Source of the DNA: Myxococcales bacterium
GTDB taxonomy: Bacteria > Myxococcota_A > UBA9042
Assembly (NCBI GenBank): GCA_037441385.1
Contig: JBBISH010000011.1
Coordinates: 1-64,000 of the forward strand
DNA: 64,000 bases
Direction of reading: 5' to 3'
Shown: positions 1-9,529 of the stretch, piece after piece
Position numbering within the stretch: the stretch's first letter is position 1
Layout: the number at the start of each line of letters is the position of its first letter
The notes under the pieces: model-generated
The model's database searches: none
The model's input: only the letters and a program-made list of their open reading frames with translations
Told to the model about the DNA's origin: nothing
Program-made: the position numbers and the translations under genes

Positions 1-1302
1 CAGCCCGGCGTCGCAGCTGTCGCCAGCGGTGCACGCGTTCTGGTCGTCGCACGGCTTGCCGGCCGAGTAGCCGCCGCCGTCGCCCTTGCACAAGAAGGAC
101 TTGCCGCCCGCACAGGCCGGGGTCAGGCAGAGCAGTGGCTTGCACGCGTTGGCGATACAGGCCGTGCCGCTTCCGCAGTCGCCGCTGTCGTAGCACGGGG
201 CGCACTCGCCCACGGCGCCTAGACAAACCGCGCCCGGGCAGTCCTTGCTGGCCTTGCAGGTCTTGACGGAGATGCAGGCGTGGTCGCGGCATTTCTGGCC
301 GGGGCAGTCCGCGTCCGTTGCACAAGCGGCGCATACGCCGATCGCCTTGTCGCAGACGGCAAGGGGGGCCGCGCAATCGGCGCTGGTCTTGCAGGTCTGA
401 CTGGCCAAGCATTTTTGCTGTTGGCACAGGCCGCCCGCCGGGCAGTCGGGGCTAGTCAAGCATGCGACACAAGCGTGGAGGGCGGTGTTGCAGCGCTTGC
501 CGCTGCCCGTGCCCAGACAATCGGCGTCGTTGTCGCACGGCGCGAGCAATTCGGGCGCAGGCGGCCCAGTGTCGGCGGCGGCATCGCCCGGTGCAGCCGT
601 GTCGGCGGGTTGAGACGCGTCGGCCGAATCGACCGCGTCGACCGTGTCGGGCGCATCCGGCGGCAGATCGGGCAGACTGTCGGGCGCAACCTCTGACACC
701 ACGTCTGGCACTGCATCTGGCACCACGTCCGGCACCACGTCCACGCCCGGAGCGGCGTCCGGCGCAGCATCGGCAACGACGTCCACAGCGGTATCCGACG
801 CGCCGTCTGGCTTAGTGTCGGCGACGGAGTCATTCCCCGCGTCTTGAGGCCCAACGGCTTGGTCGTCGGCCAAGCTGTCCGGGGCCAGGGCATCCGACGC
901 ATCAAGTTGAATTGGCGTGTCGGCGGGCGCCGCGTCTGGGCTGGCACTGTCGCCGGTGGTCGTCTCTGCGCCTTGGGCATCGGTGGGCGCGCTGTCGGCC
1001 GAGTCCGGCAGCGGTCCGCCATCGGTCGCCGCGTCGCTCGCTGTGGCATCGCCGGCAGCGGCATCAGAGGAATCGAGCGAGTCGGATGTTGGTTGGGCCG
1101 CGTCGCCGCCCGCCGCGTCGGCCGTATCCAGGGCAGCGGCAAGCCCATCGCTGGCGTCTTGGTCGATTGGGACGGCGCTGAGAGTAGGCGAGTCCTGCGG
1201 GCCCGATCCGCCGCAGGCAGCAGCCGCAAGGCACGCAACCGCGCAGACAAGCAGGCATTTCCAACGGACCCTACGCTGCTTGGGGGAGGCAGCACGGCAC
1301 AT
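1..1302 (-). CDS. Cys-rich repeat lipoprotein with long Asp/Ala/Pro-rich linker (3'-truncated by window edge)
   Basis: Not in the ORF track because it runs off the edge. Hand translation from ATG 1302 gives MCRAASPKQRRVRWKCLLVCAVACLAAAAC-GG (lipobox-like), then a D/A/P/T linker, then repeated CxxxxDC...C...C units (CDNDADCLG, CKTSADCAA, CKASKDCPG, CDDQNACTAGDSC). The frame is open to base 1. Confidence 0.8.
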   Translation of the reverse strand, partial: MCRAASPKQRRVRWKCLLVCAVACLAAAACGGSGPQDSPTLSAVPIDQDASDGLAAALDTADAAGGDAAQPTSDSLDSSDAAAGDATASDAATDGGPLPDSADSAPTDAQGAETTTGDSASPDAAPADTPIQLDASDALAPDSLADDQAVGPQDAGNDSVADTKPDGASDTAVDVVADAAPDAAPGVDVVPDVVPDAVPDVVSEVAPDSLPDLPPDAPDTVDAVDSADASQPADTAAPGDAAADTGPPAPELLAPCDNDADCLGTGSGKRCNTALHACVACLTSPDCPAGGLCQQQKCLASQTCKTSADCAAPLAVCDKAIGVCAACATDADCPGQKCRDHACISVKTCKASKDCPGAVCLGAVGECAPCYDSGDCGSGTACIANACKPLLCLTPACAGGKSFLCKGDGGGYSAGKPCDDQNACTAGDSCDAGL

Positions 1303-1337
1303 CGTTCGACCTCACTGCGGTGGAAGCACTCGCGAGC

Positions 1338-1426
1338 CCTGCTCTGCTCCAAAGCCCGGCTCTGTCCAAAAAACCGGCGCTGTCCAAGAAGCCCGGCTCC
1401 GTCCAAGAAACCGGCTCTGTCCAAAG
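1338..1426. repeat. Five tandem imperfect 18-19 bp repeats (consensus CCGGCTCTGTCCAARAA)
   Basis: Units at 1338, 1356, 1374, 1393 and 1411, in the gap between divergent genes. Confidence 0.8.
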
Positions 1427-1595
1427 CGGCGCAACGGGCCCGGCCAAGTGCGGCCAGCGCTGTGCAGGCAGCGTACGGAATTCCCCGGAATTCGCAACGT
1501 GGTGGAGCCATGACGAAGGCCGACGTGCGCCGCTGGCCATCGTCGCCGTGCTGCCTATACTCGCGGCAAGGGGGCTTGCCCCGTGCGGTGGGCGG

Positions 1596-2147
1596 ATGAG
1601 CGGCACGCCATTTCGATGCCAGATTCGCCTGGGTCTGTCGGACCTGGACCGCAACGTCTATGTCCAGCGGCCCATTGCGACCGCCCAAGCCCCCGAAGAG
1701 CCCGACGAGCACATCTTGCTCCGCTTCTTGGCGTGGGTGCTGTTCTACGACGAGCATCTGCACGACGGTCAGGGGTTTGTGGACTTGCATCAGCCCGACC
1801 TGGATGCCCACGACCTGACGGGCGCGCTGACGCTGTGGATCGAGTGCGGTATGCCGCCGCTCAAGCGTGTGCAAAAAGCGCTGGGGCGGTCGAAGTCGGC
1901 GCGCTTCATTGGCTTGTTTGCCCACCGCGCCGAGGCAGAGAGTTTTCGCAAAGAACTGCTGGGATCGAATGCAAGGCAACGCAGCCAGATCGAGATCTAT
2001 TTGATTCCAGAGGAGTTCTTGGCCTGGCTGGAGGAGCACGGCGGCCGCAACATGGAGTGGACGGCAACCATCAGCGAGGGCACCCTATACCTGGACGTGG
2101 ACGGCAAAGCCGGCCAGTGCCAACCCGAGCGGCTGACGCTGGAGTAG
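1596..2147 (+). CDS. yaeQ: YaeQ family protein
   Basis: LSDLDRNVY...AQAPEEPDEHILLRFLAW...PDLDAHDLTGALTLWIECGMP...WTATISEGTLY matches the YaeQ pattern. ATG at 1596 is preferred over the track start at 1320. Confidence 0.85.
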   Translation: MSGTPFRCQIRLGLSDLDRNVYVQRPIATAQAPEEPDEHILLRFLAWVLFYDEHLHDGQGFVDLHQPDLDAHDLTGALTLWIECGMPPLKRVQKALGRSKSARFIGLFAHRAEAESFRKELLGSNARQRSQIEIYLIPEEFLAWLEEHGGRNMEWTATISEGTLYLDVDGKAGQCQPERLTLE

Positions 2148-2225
2148 CGACGCCGCCGAACGCACGCATTTCAACGACAACTGCAGCAATCCGTCCGGCC
2201 GCCAGGGCCAACGGATAGGAGCGAC

Positions 2226-3377
2226 GTGATGGACAGTGTGATCGAGTTCTTGGAGCGGCGCGAAGGGATCTACCTGCAGCGCCTGCGCAAGTTGGTCGAT
2301 ACCAACTCGGGCCTGGACAACCCGGCCGGACGGACCGCGTGCCTGGAGCAGTTGGAGCGCGTGTACACCAGTTTGGGGTTCCGCTGCGAACGCATTGCGC
2401 GGCCGGGCGACATGGTGCACTTGCTGGCGACACGGCCGGCGCGGCACGCCAACGCATTGAAAGTCATGATTCTTGGGCATTTCGACACGGTCTACGACTC
2501 GACTTCGGGCTTCTTGTCGTACCAAGAACAGGGCGAGTGGCTGGGCGGTCCAGGCGTAGGCGACATGAAGGGCGGGCTCGTGGTGGCGCAGGCGGCGCTG
2601 GAAGCGCTGCACCACGCAGGCAAGCTGGACGACGTGGATTGGCTGTGCTTCCACAACGCGGACGAAGAGATCCAGTCGCCAACATCGCGCGACCTGATCG
2701 AGCAGTACGCCGCCGGGCGCGACGTGGCCCTGGACTTCGAGATTGGCCGCAAGACCGGCGCGGTGGTGCGATCGCGCTCGGGCGTTGGGCGGTTCTTTGT
2801 CACCGTGCGCGGCAAGGCGGCCCACGCGGGCATGGACCACAGCGCCGGCGTCAACGCCATCGTGGGTATGGCCAAAATCGTCGTGAAACTGGCGGAACTG
2901 ACCGATGTCAGCCAGGGCACCACGGTGAACGTGGGCGTGATCAAAGGCGGCACCAAGCGCAACGTGGTACCCGACGAAGCCAAGATCGAAGTGGACGTGC
3001 GCGTGCTGACGCTGCCAGAAGGTGCGCGCGTGGAGCAGAGCATTCGCCAGATTTGTGCAGAGCCGCCAGTGCCTGGAGCTACGGCCGAGGTGGTCGGCAG
3101 CATCGGCAGGCCGCCGTGGCAACGCAACGTCGCTTGCGATCAAGTGATTGCCCACTTCCAGGCCGTCGCCGACCACTATGGCGTGACGCTGGGCTCAGAA
3201 GACACGGGCGGCGGGTCCGACGCGAATTTCACGGCGGCCTTGGGCATCGCCAGCATCGACGGCTTGGGCCCGGTGGGCGAGCAGCCGCACACGCACAACG
3301 AGCGCATCAAGAAGCACACGGTGGTCGAGCGCGCCAAACTGGTGGCGCTGGCCCTGGCGAGCTGGCCGCGCGCGTAG
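2226..3377 (+). CDS. M20 family metallopeptidase (glutamate carboxypeptidase-like)
   Basis: GHFDTV, GPGVGDMKGG, DEEIQS, GKAAHAG, GGGSDAN and H near the C-terminus; AGGAG RBS. Confidence 0.9.
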   Translation: MMDSVIEFLERREGIYLQRLRKLVDTNSGLDNPAGRTACLEQLERVYTSLGFRCERIARPGDMVHLLATRPARHANALKVMILGHFDTVYDSTSGFLSYQEQGEWLGGPGVGDMKGGLVVAQAALEALHHAGKLDDVDWLCFHNADEEIQSPTSRDLIEQYAAGRDVALDFEIGRKTGAVVRSRSGVGRFFVTVRGKAAHAGMDHSAGVNAIVGMAKIVVKLAELTDVSQGTTVNVGVIKGGTKRNVVPDEAKIEVDVRVLTLPEGARVEQSIRQICAEPPVPGATAEVVGSIGRPPWQRNVACDQVIAHFQAVADHYGVTLGSEDTGGGSDANFTAALGIASIDGLGPVGEQPHTHNERIKKHTVVERAKLVALALASWPRA

Positions 3378-3402
3378 GGAACTTTCCGTTGAGACGTGCG
3401 TA

Positions 3403-6384
3403 TCAGACGGATTCGGTAGGATAGTTGGCGCGGAAGGTCAGGTAGCGACCCAGCGAGCGGACCGCCTGATCGGCCGACCGGAACACGGGCATGCCGCTAG
3501 AGCGAAGTTGCTGCACCAGCGGAGTGTAGGCTTCGCCCGAGTCGACGACCGCAACGACCGGCTTGCTGGCCGCCGCAAAGATCGCGCCCAGCCGCTGGGG
3601 CAGCGCCGTGTCCCGGCCGACTTCCTCGGCGCCGGTCTGGAGCGCCGCGGTCAGCGGCACGATGCCCACGACCAAGGCGTCCACTTCGCGGGCATCGAGC
3701 AGAGTCTGCGCCGCAGCCTGGTAGACGGCCTCGCTGGCCATCGGCGTAAGGTCCAGCGGGTTGCGCGGGTTCACCAGGTTGGCCAAGCCGCCATGGGCCA
3801 AGATGGCGCGCAGATCCTCGATGGTGTCCGGGCCCGTCTGGGCCAGCTCTAGCCGGTAGCGCGGCCCGACCAGCGCGTCGGCCATGCCCACGGTCTCAAA
3901 TCCGGCGTTGGACATGACCCCCAGGCGCGTGCCCGACACCGACTTGCCGTGCAAGGCTGCGCACAGCTCAAGAAGTTGCTCGAACTCCTTGAAGGTCTCG
4001 ACCACGATGGCCCCGGCCTGTTCCGCGGCCGCCAGCGCAACGTCGTAGTCGCCCGCCACCGAAGCGGTGTGCCCGGCTGCGGCCGTCCGGCCAGCCTGGG
4101 TGCGGCCAGCCTTGTAGAAGATGACCTCCTTGCCGCGGCGGGTCACGTCGCGAAGCGCACGCTCGAAGGCGAGCCCGTCCAAGTCGCGGAAACCCTCGCA
4201 GTACACGCCAACCACGTCGATGTCGTCGCGCTGACCCACGGCGGCGGTCAGGTCGGCCAGCGTCAGGTCAAGCTGGTTGCCAATCGACAGGGCAAATGCG
4301 GGGTTCAGGTTGTCCAGGTTGCTCATCCGGCTGACGATGAAGGCGCCGCTCTGCGAGACCAGCGCAACCCGACGCGCCGGCTGATCCAAGTGCTTGTTCA
4401 GGCGGTTGGCAGGGATGAACAGCGTGTCGTAGCGGCCTGGGCGCGACAGCACGCCCAGCGAATTCGGTCCCAAGAAGACCGGTCCGCCCGCTTGGCCCGC
4501 ACGGCCCAGGGCGATGGCCTTTTGCACTTCCACCGCCAATTCGGCAGACCCTTCGGTCTCGCCTGCGCCGCCCGGCACCAGGATCGCCGACCGCACCTTG
4601 CCGCACGCGATCGTGTCCGTGACAATTTTGGGCAGTTGCTCGGCGCCAGCGGCCACTACGAGCAAATCGACCACATGCGGAAGGTCGTTCAACGACGCAA
4701 CACAGCGTGCCCCGTCGAGCTCGCGCAGCCCGTCTTTGATGGCGTAGAGGCGTTGCGGATCGTAGCCGGCCTGCAGCACGTTGTTCAGGATGATCCGGCC
4801 AAAATTCATCGAGGTGGCCGAAGCACCCAGCACCGCGATACTGCTGGGTTCGAGCAGCGCGGCGATGTTGGCGACCGGCCGTGGCGCACTGTCTTTGGCG
4901 GCGGGGGCGGTGCGCGCGCGGCCATCCAAAGGCACCAACCGCTGACCGCGGAACGCGAACGGGTTGATCTCGAGCTCGGCCAGGTCCGGCCCGTCGGTGC
5001 CGCGGTCGACGCAGAAGCGCTGGGCCAGGAGCAAAAACGCGCGGAAGCAGCGCAGCAATTCGCCATCCGAGACGCTGCGCTCGTGGCCGCGAGCCTGACC
5101 CGACAGCAGTTCGTAGGCCACGGTGCGCTTGAACTGCTCCAAGAAGTCTTCGGCCTTCAGGTCGGCCGCGGGCGACTTGGCCACCGCCTGACCCGGCCGC
5201 ATGCGCGTGGCCAACAACTCCATGTCCACGCCGCCCAGACCGGCGGCAATCACGGGCCCAAACTCGCGCGTAGCCCGGATCCCCACGAACAATTCGCTGC
5301 CGACCTGGTGCGTGTGCTCAACGAACTCGACCACCAGCACGCCGCGCACGTCTTTGTCGGCGTGGCGCTGCATCAGGCGATCGATCTCGCCACGCACCAA
5401 GTCGCTGCGCTTGGGCGCAAAGACCACGGCCTTGGCGTCGGTCTTGTGCACCACGTCGGTGGCGACCAGCTTGCACACCACCTTCTCGCCCGGGAAGCTG
5501 TCCAGAGCTTGATCGCTGAGCAGTTCGTCCTTGGGCACAAAGATGTGCTTGGGCGGCGAGATCGCGCCCACCAACTGGATGATCTGGTAGACCTCGTGCT
5601 CGAACAGGGTCTTGCGGCCCTCGTCGTACACGTTTTGCAGCGTGCCTTCCACCGCCGCAATCTCGGCGCCCGACAACTGCTCGCCACTGGCCAGCGGCTC
5701 GAAGTACGGCGCGTCCGGCGGTTCGGGTTGCGCGAGGTGCTCGGTGCTCAGCGAGTCAACCCAAGTGCGCACCGACACGGACGTTCCGCCCTTGTCCAGA
5801 CCCAACAGGTAGGCCGCCGCGGCGGTGCGGCCAAAACGGAAGGCGCGGCGGTTGACCTCGACCACCCGCTCGCCCTTGGAGGCAAACCGCTCGGCCATGG
5901 CCTGCTCGAGCGCGGCCTGGTCCAGCTTGAGGAAGCGCGACGCCGCCCCAAGCACGACCATGTTGGCCGATCGGCCCGACCCAGCCGCGCGCGCCAGGCG
6001 ATCCGCGTCGATGAGGGCGTGCTGCGGCCACTGAGCGACGCGCGCCAGCACGTCTTCGACCGGCGGATAGTTGCCGATGTTCACGAACGCGCCCACGCTG
6101 GTGAGCAGCATCGCATCGGGCTTGAGGTACTGAACGTAGCGCAGCGCCTCCAACGGCTCGACCGCGATGACCAAATCCGCAGAACCCAACGGAATCAGGT
6201 CGCTGTAGATCGGCGCGTCGCTCAAGCGCAAATGGGACTGGACCGCGCCGCCGCGCTGGCTCATGCCGTGCGTTTCGGCCTGCTTGACCTGCAGCCCTTG
6301 CGAAAGCGCCACTTGCGAGATGACTTCCGCGATGGTGAGGATGCCTTGGCCGCCGACACCGGCAAGAATGATGTCTTGTTTCAT
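3403..6384 (-). CDS. iorB: Fusion: indolepyruvate:ferredoxin oxidoreductase beta subunit + ADP-forming acyl-CoA synthetase (ATP-grasp + CoA-binding/ligase domains)
   Basis: The N-terminal ~190 aa carry IorB motifs (ILAGVGGQGIL, ETHGMSQRGGAVQSHLR, ANMVVLGA). They are followed by HKTD...EFGPVIAAGLGG...ELEINP (ATP-grasp), then PSSIAVLGAS, GPNSLG, SQSGA, SIGNQ and the phospho-His motif AAAGHTASVAG. Confidence 0.85.
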   Translation of the reverse strand: MKQDIILAGVGGQGILTIAEVISQVALSQGLQVKQAETHGMSQRGGAVQSHLRLSDAPIYSDLIPLGSADLVIAVEPLEALRYVQYLKPDAMLLTSVGAFVNIGNYPPVEDVLARVAQWPQHALIDADRLARAAGSGRSANMVVLGAASRFLKLDQAALEQAMAERFASKGERVVEVNRRAFRFGRTAAAAYLLGLDKGGTSVSVRTWVDSLSTEHLAQPEPPDAPYFEPLASGEQLSGAEIAAVEGTLQNVYDEGRKTLFEHEVYQIIQLVGAISPPKHIFVPKDELLSDQALDSFPGEKVVCKLVATDVVHKTDAKAVVFAPKRSDLVRGEIDRLMQRHADKDVRGVLVVEFVEHTHQVGSELFVGIRATREFGPVIAAGLGGVDMELLATRMRPGQAVAKSPAADLKAEDFLEQFKRTVAYELLSGQARGHERSVSDGELLRCFRAFLLLAQRFCVDRGTDGPDLAELEINPFAFRGQRLVPLDGRARTAPAAKDSAPRPVANIAALLEPSSIAVLGASATSMNFGRIILNNVLQAGYDPQRLYAIKDGLRELDGARCVASLNDLPHVVDLLVVAAGAEQLPKIVTDTIACGKVRSAILVPGGAGETEGSAELAVEVQKAIALGRAGQAGGPVFLGPNSLGVLSRPGRYDTLFIPANRLNKHLDQPARRVALVSQSGAFIVSRMSNLDNLNPAFALSIGNQLDLTLADLTAAVGQRDDIDVVGVYCEGFRDLDGLAFERALRDVTRRGKEVIFYKAGRTQAGRTAAAGHTASVAGDYDVALAAAEQAGAIVVETFKEFEQLLELCAALHGKSVSGTRLGVMSNAGFETVGMADALVGPRYRLELAQTGPDTIEDLRAILAHGGLANLVNPRNPLDLTPMASEAVYQAAAQTLLDAREVDALVVGIVPLTAALQTGAEEVGRDTALPQRLGAIFAAASKPVVAVVDSGEAYTPLVQQLRSSGMPVFRSADQAVRSLGRYLTFRANYPTESV

Positions 6385-6399
6385 GATGGTATGCTCCGC

Positions 6400-8022
6400 T
6401 TAGGCCTGTGCGCTGGGCGCTTTGTCCAAGCCCATTTCGATCCGGGTCGGCTTGTGCTTGCTTTGTACACAGGCGCGGGCCGAGACGACGACCGACAGAC
6501 CTTTGTGTTCCACGGCCTTGCGGATCATCGCCACGTTTTCGTCTTGGCGATTGTGCAACGGCTCGATGACATGAATGTGCTCTGGGTCGACGCCCATGCC
6601 CTGCAAGACCTGCATCAAGCCCGGGCCGGTGGTGAGCGAGCTTTGATCGCCCGTCATCGCCGTGGTGGCGTTGTCCAAAATGACAACGGTCATGTTCGCG
6701 TCGGCGCGCGCGGCCGCCAGCAGCGGCGTCATGCCCGAGTGGGCAAAAGTCGAGTCGCCGATGGTGCAAAGGACCGGCCAGGCACCCGCGCGGGCGGCGC
6801 CCAGCGCCATCGAGATCGACGCGCCCATGTCGACGCAGGTGTGTACGGCGCGGTACGGCGGCGCGACGCCCAGGGTGTAGCAGCCGATGTCGGAAAAGAG
6901 CATCGGGTTCCAGTCTTGCGTGGCCTGAACGATGGCCGAGAAGCTGTCGATGTGCGGGCAGCCGCGGCAGAGCTGCGGTGGGCGGTTGGCGAGGTCGGCC
7001 AGCGCTTCTGGGGCCTCTTTGGCCATGCCGAGTGCGGCCGCCATGATGTCCGGGTTCAGTTCGCCGGTGGCCGGCAGGTCGCCGCTCAGCCGGCCGCGAA
7101 TCCGTTTGGCGGGGACGCCGAGCAACCCGACCAACTTCTTTTCCACAAGCGGATAGCCATCTTCGCAGACCAGGATGTCGTCGCAGTGGTCGACCAGGCG
7201 GCGCACCAGCTCGGCCGGCACCGGGTACTGGCCCAGATGGAGCATGCTCAGGTCGCCGTTGCCTTGGGTGGCCTCTAGGACGTAGTTGCGGGCGATGCCG
7301 CAGGTAATCACACCGCGTTTGCCGGCCAGATGCAGGGTGTTGGCCGGGCTGTGCAGCGCGTCGTCGACCAGCGCGGCTTGCTCTTGCACCAAAGCCGCAT
7401 AGCGCGAACGGGCGATCGCGGGCACCAGCGTCCAACTGCAGGCGGGCGGGCGGTCGCGTTGGTCGATCACGGGCAACTCGGACTCGCTAAGGACGGCCAC
7501 GTTGCCGCGGCTATGCGAAAGGCGCGTCACGATGCGGACCATCACGGGCAGCTTGCGCCGCTCAGAGAGTTCGAAAGCGCGCAACACAAAGTCGTAGGCT
7601 TCTTGCTGGTTGCCGGGTTCGAAGATCGGCACCTGCGCAAAGTCGCCGTAGAAACGACTGTCTTGCTCGTTCTGCGACGAGTGCATGCCAGGATCGTCGG
7701 CGACGAGGAGGACGAGGCCCGCGTTGACGCCGGTGAGCGCCGAGTTGATGAAGGGGTCGGCGGCCACGTTCAGGCCCACATGCTTCATCGAGACGAGGGA
7801 GCGCTTGCCCACCCACGACATGCCCAAGGCCTCTTCGTAGGCGACCTTTTCGTTGGTCGACCAGCGCGCCGAAACCTCGCCCGAGCTCGCCTTGGCATTC
7901 TTGGCAATGTATTCAAAGATTTCTGTGGCGGGCGTGCCTGGGTACGAAAAGGCCCCGCCGATGCCGGCGTCAAGGGCGGCCTGGGCGATGGCTTCGTCGC
8001 CAAGCAGGAGTCGGTAGCGCAT
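6400..8022 (-). CDS. iorA: Indolepyruvate:ferredoxin oxidoreductase alpha subunit (TPP-dependent; no C-terminal ferredoxin domain)
   Basis: LLGDEAIA, YPGTPATEI, NEKVAYE, MKHVGLNVAAD, DDPGMHSSQNEQDSR, RPPQLCRGCPH, DIGCYTLG, IGDSTFAHSG, LDNATTAMTG. Confidence 0.92.
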   Translation of the reverse strand: MRYRLLLGDEAIAQAALDAGIGGAFSYPGTPATEIFEYIAKNAKASSGEVSARWSTNEKVAYEEALGMSWVGKRSLVSMKHVGLNVAADPFINSALTGVNAGLVLLVADDPGMHSSQNEQDSRFYGDFAQVPIFEPGNQQEAYDFVLRAFELSERRKLPVMVRIVTRLSHSRGNVAVLSESELPVIDQRDRPPACSWTLVPAIARSRYAALVQEQAALVDDALHSPANTLHLAGKRGVITCGIARNYVLEATQGNGDLSMLHLGQYPVPAELVRRLVDHCDDILVCEDGYPLVEKKLVGLLGVPAKRIRGRLSGDLPATGELNPDIMAAALGMAKEAPEALADLANRPPQLCRGCPHIDSFSAIVQATQDWNPMLFSDIGCYTLGVAPPYRAVHTCVDMGASISMALGAARAGAWPVLCTIGDSTFAHSGMTPLLAAARADANMTVVILDNATTAMTGDQSSLTTGPGLMQVLQGMGVDPEHIHVIEPLHNRQDENVAMIRKAVEHKGLSVVVSARACVQSKHKPTRIEMGLDKAPSAQA

Positions 8023-8149
8023 GGATCCTCGCGAGCCGCGCCGACGCGGCAACGCGTGCAAGATAGCGCCAAACGGCAACGGCGGCGGATCGTAGCTGGC
8101 CTAGCTTGTCGCCATGCTGTCACGCAACTGGTGTGGCCGCATGACAGTG

Positions 8150-8166
8150 TTGGCACGAATCGTGCG
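8150..8166 (+). promoter_or_regulatory. Putative sigma54 (-24/-12) promoter
   Basis: TTGGCACGAATCGTGCG has GG-N10-GC spacing and lies ~100 bp upstream of the 8271 gene. Confidence 0.5.
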
Positions 8167-8270
8167 CGTTTGGCCAACCGCCTGCGCTGGCTGCCGCAGG
8201 GGCGCCAATTGCGGTGCAGGCGGCGGGCGGCTACGCTGCAGTGGTGCGGCAGGGGTCGCAAGGAGCGCAG

Positions 8271-8900
8271 GTGGCTTGGCAACATGCCAGAAAGCTGTGG
8301 CGGCGCACCGCGTTGCGGATGTGGCTGCTTGGGGCGGCGAGTGCGGCCCAGGTGCACCCCGCGGCGGCGGAGGAGCCCACAAACCTGCCGGCGGCGCCTT
8401 CGCTGATCGAGGACACGGACGACGCGCCCGAGCCCGCCGGCCAGCCGCGCGCCGACACCGTGGCCATCAACCTGGCTCCGGCAGTTTGTGGCCTGCTGGT
8501 TCTGCAGTGGGAACATCGATTTATTGAACGATTTTCAGCTGTACTAATTGGCGGCGCCGGAATCGGCTCGTCGTTGTCCAGTTTTGCCGACATGACGGTT
8601 CTGGAAGTGGGCGCCCAGGTTCGCGGCTATGCCGTGGCGACGCACGCCCAAGCCGCCGGTTTGGCGGTGGAGGCGATGGCTGGCTGGATACCCAGCGACC
8701 CTCACCGCGACCGACGCGGCCTGGCCATAAGCCCCCGCCTGGTCTACAGAATCATGGCAAGCAGTGGCCTGACAACTGAACTGCAGGTGGGCATGGCGTG
8801 GACGCAGCGCAGCGCGATGCAAGTGGGAACCGGGGCCACGGTCACTGCCAGCAGCGGACCGTCGCCGATTCACGCAGTCGTCGTGGGCTACAGCTTCTGA
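8271..8900 (+). CDS. Putative small outer-membrane beta-barrel protein
   Basis: AGGAG RBS before GTG 8271; signal-peptide-like N-terminus; amphipathic strands; C-terminal VVVGYSF ending in Phe. Confidence 0.55.
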   Translation: MAWQHARKLWRRTALRMWLLGAASAAQVHPAAAEEPTNLPAAPSLIEDTDDAPEPAGQPRADTVAINLAPAVCGLLVLQWEHRFIERFSAVLIGGAGIGSSLSSFADMTVLEVGAQVRGYAVATHAQAAGLAVEAMAGWIPSDPHRDRRGLAISPRLVYRIMASSGLTTELQVGMAWTQRSAMQVGTGATVTASSGPSPIHAVVVGYSF

Positions 8901-8917
8901 CCGGCGAGGATGCAGCG

Positions 8918-9484
8918 ATGCGAAAGCGGTGGGCGCGAGGATGGGTGATCGGCGGTGCGGCTTTGGCGGCGGGCTGCCAGTACGATTTCGCGACGATCGA
9001 CGAATGCGTCATTGATCCAGAACGTTGCGCCACGTCGGACTCGGGCTGGGCCACCTACAGCGACTGCGCGGCCAAAGCCCCCCTCAAGATCGAGCTAGGT
9101 CAAGGTGACTCGGCGTTTACGCCCGTGGCGGCTGGCTCGCTGCCGACCCAGCACCAAGCGGTGGGCGCGCAAGGCGGCGGAAGTGCTCATATTTTTGGCG
9201 GCGTTCGCATCGTCAATCCCGACGCCGTGCGCCGCAAGTTCCGGGTCGAGTTCACCACCTGTTCGGGCGAAAAGTCGCTGAGTCAACAGGGCTTCTCTAC
9301 CTCGGACGACTGCGACGGCGTGCTGACCACGCGCATCTCCGTTCTGGAAAGCTCACTGACAGCCGCGAGCGACGGTTCTTTGTCGCGGGCCGGCATCCAG
9401 GTGTTCTTGCAGGGGGCGCTGCACTGGGTCCGGTTGGAAGTCCGCGATGCCTGTGGCCGAACTGCCACCGACCAGCGCCCATAG
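8918..9484 (+). CDS. Hypothetical lipoprotein
   Basis: GAGG RBS; MRKRW...AALAAGC lipobox. Confidence 0.6.
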   Translation: MRKRWARGWVIGGAALAAGCQYDFATIDECVIDPERCATSDSGWATYSDCAAKAPLKIELGQGDSAFTPVAAGSLPTQHQAVGAQGGGSAHIFGGVRIVNPDAVRRKFRVEFTTCSGEKSLSQQGFSTSDDCDGVLTTRISVLESSLTAASDGSLSRAGIQVFLQGALHWVRLEVRDACGRTATDQRP

Positions 9485-9529
9485 ACCTTCGCGAACCGCA
9501 GGGCGGCTGGGCGCGACAAACCCAACCTA

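Noticed and set aside
456..2039. 527-aa minus-strand ORF from the track
   Set aside because: It is off-frame to the real lipoprotein (1-1302), antisense to yaeQ, and has an Arg/Pro-rich shadow composition.
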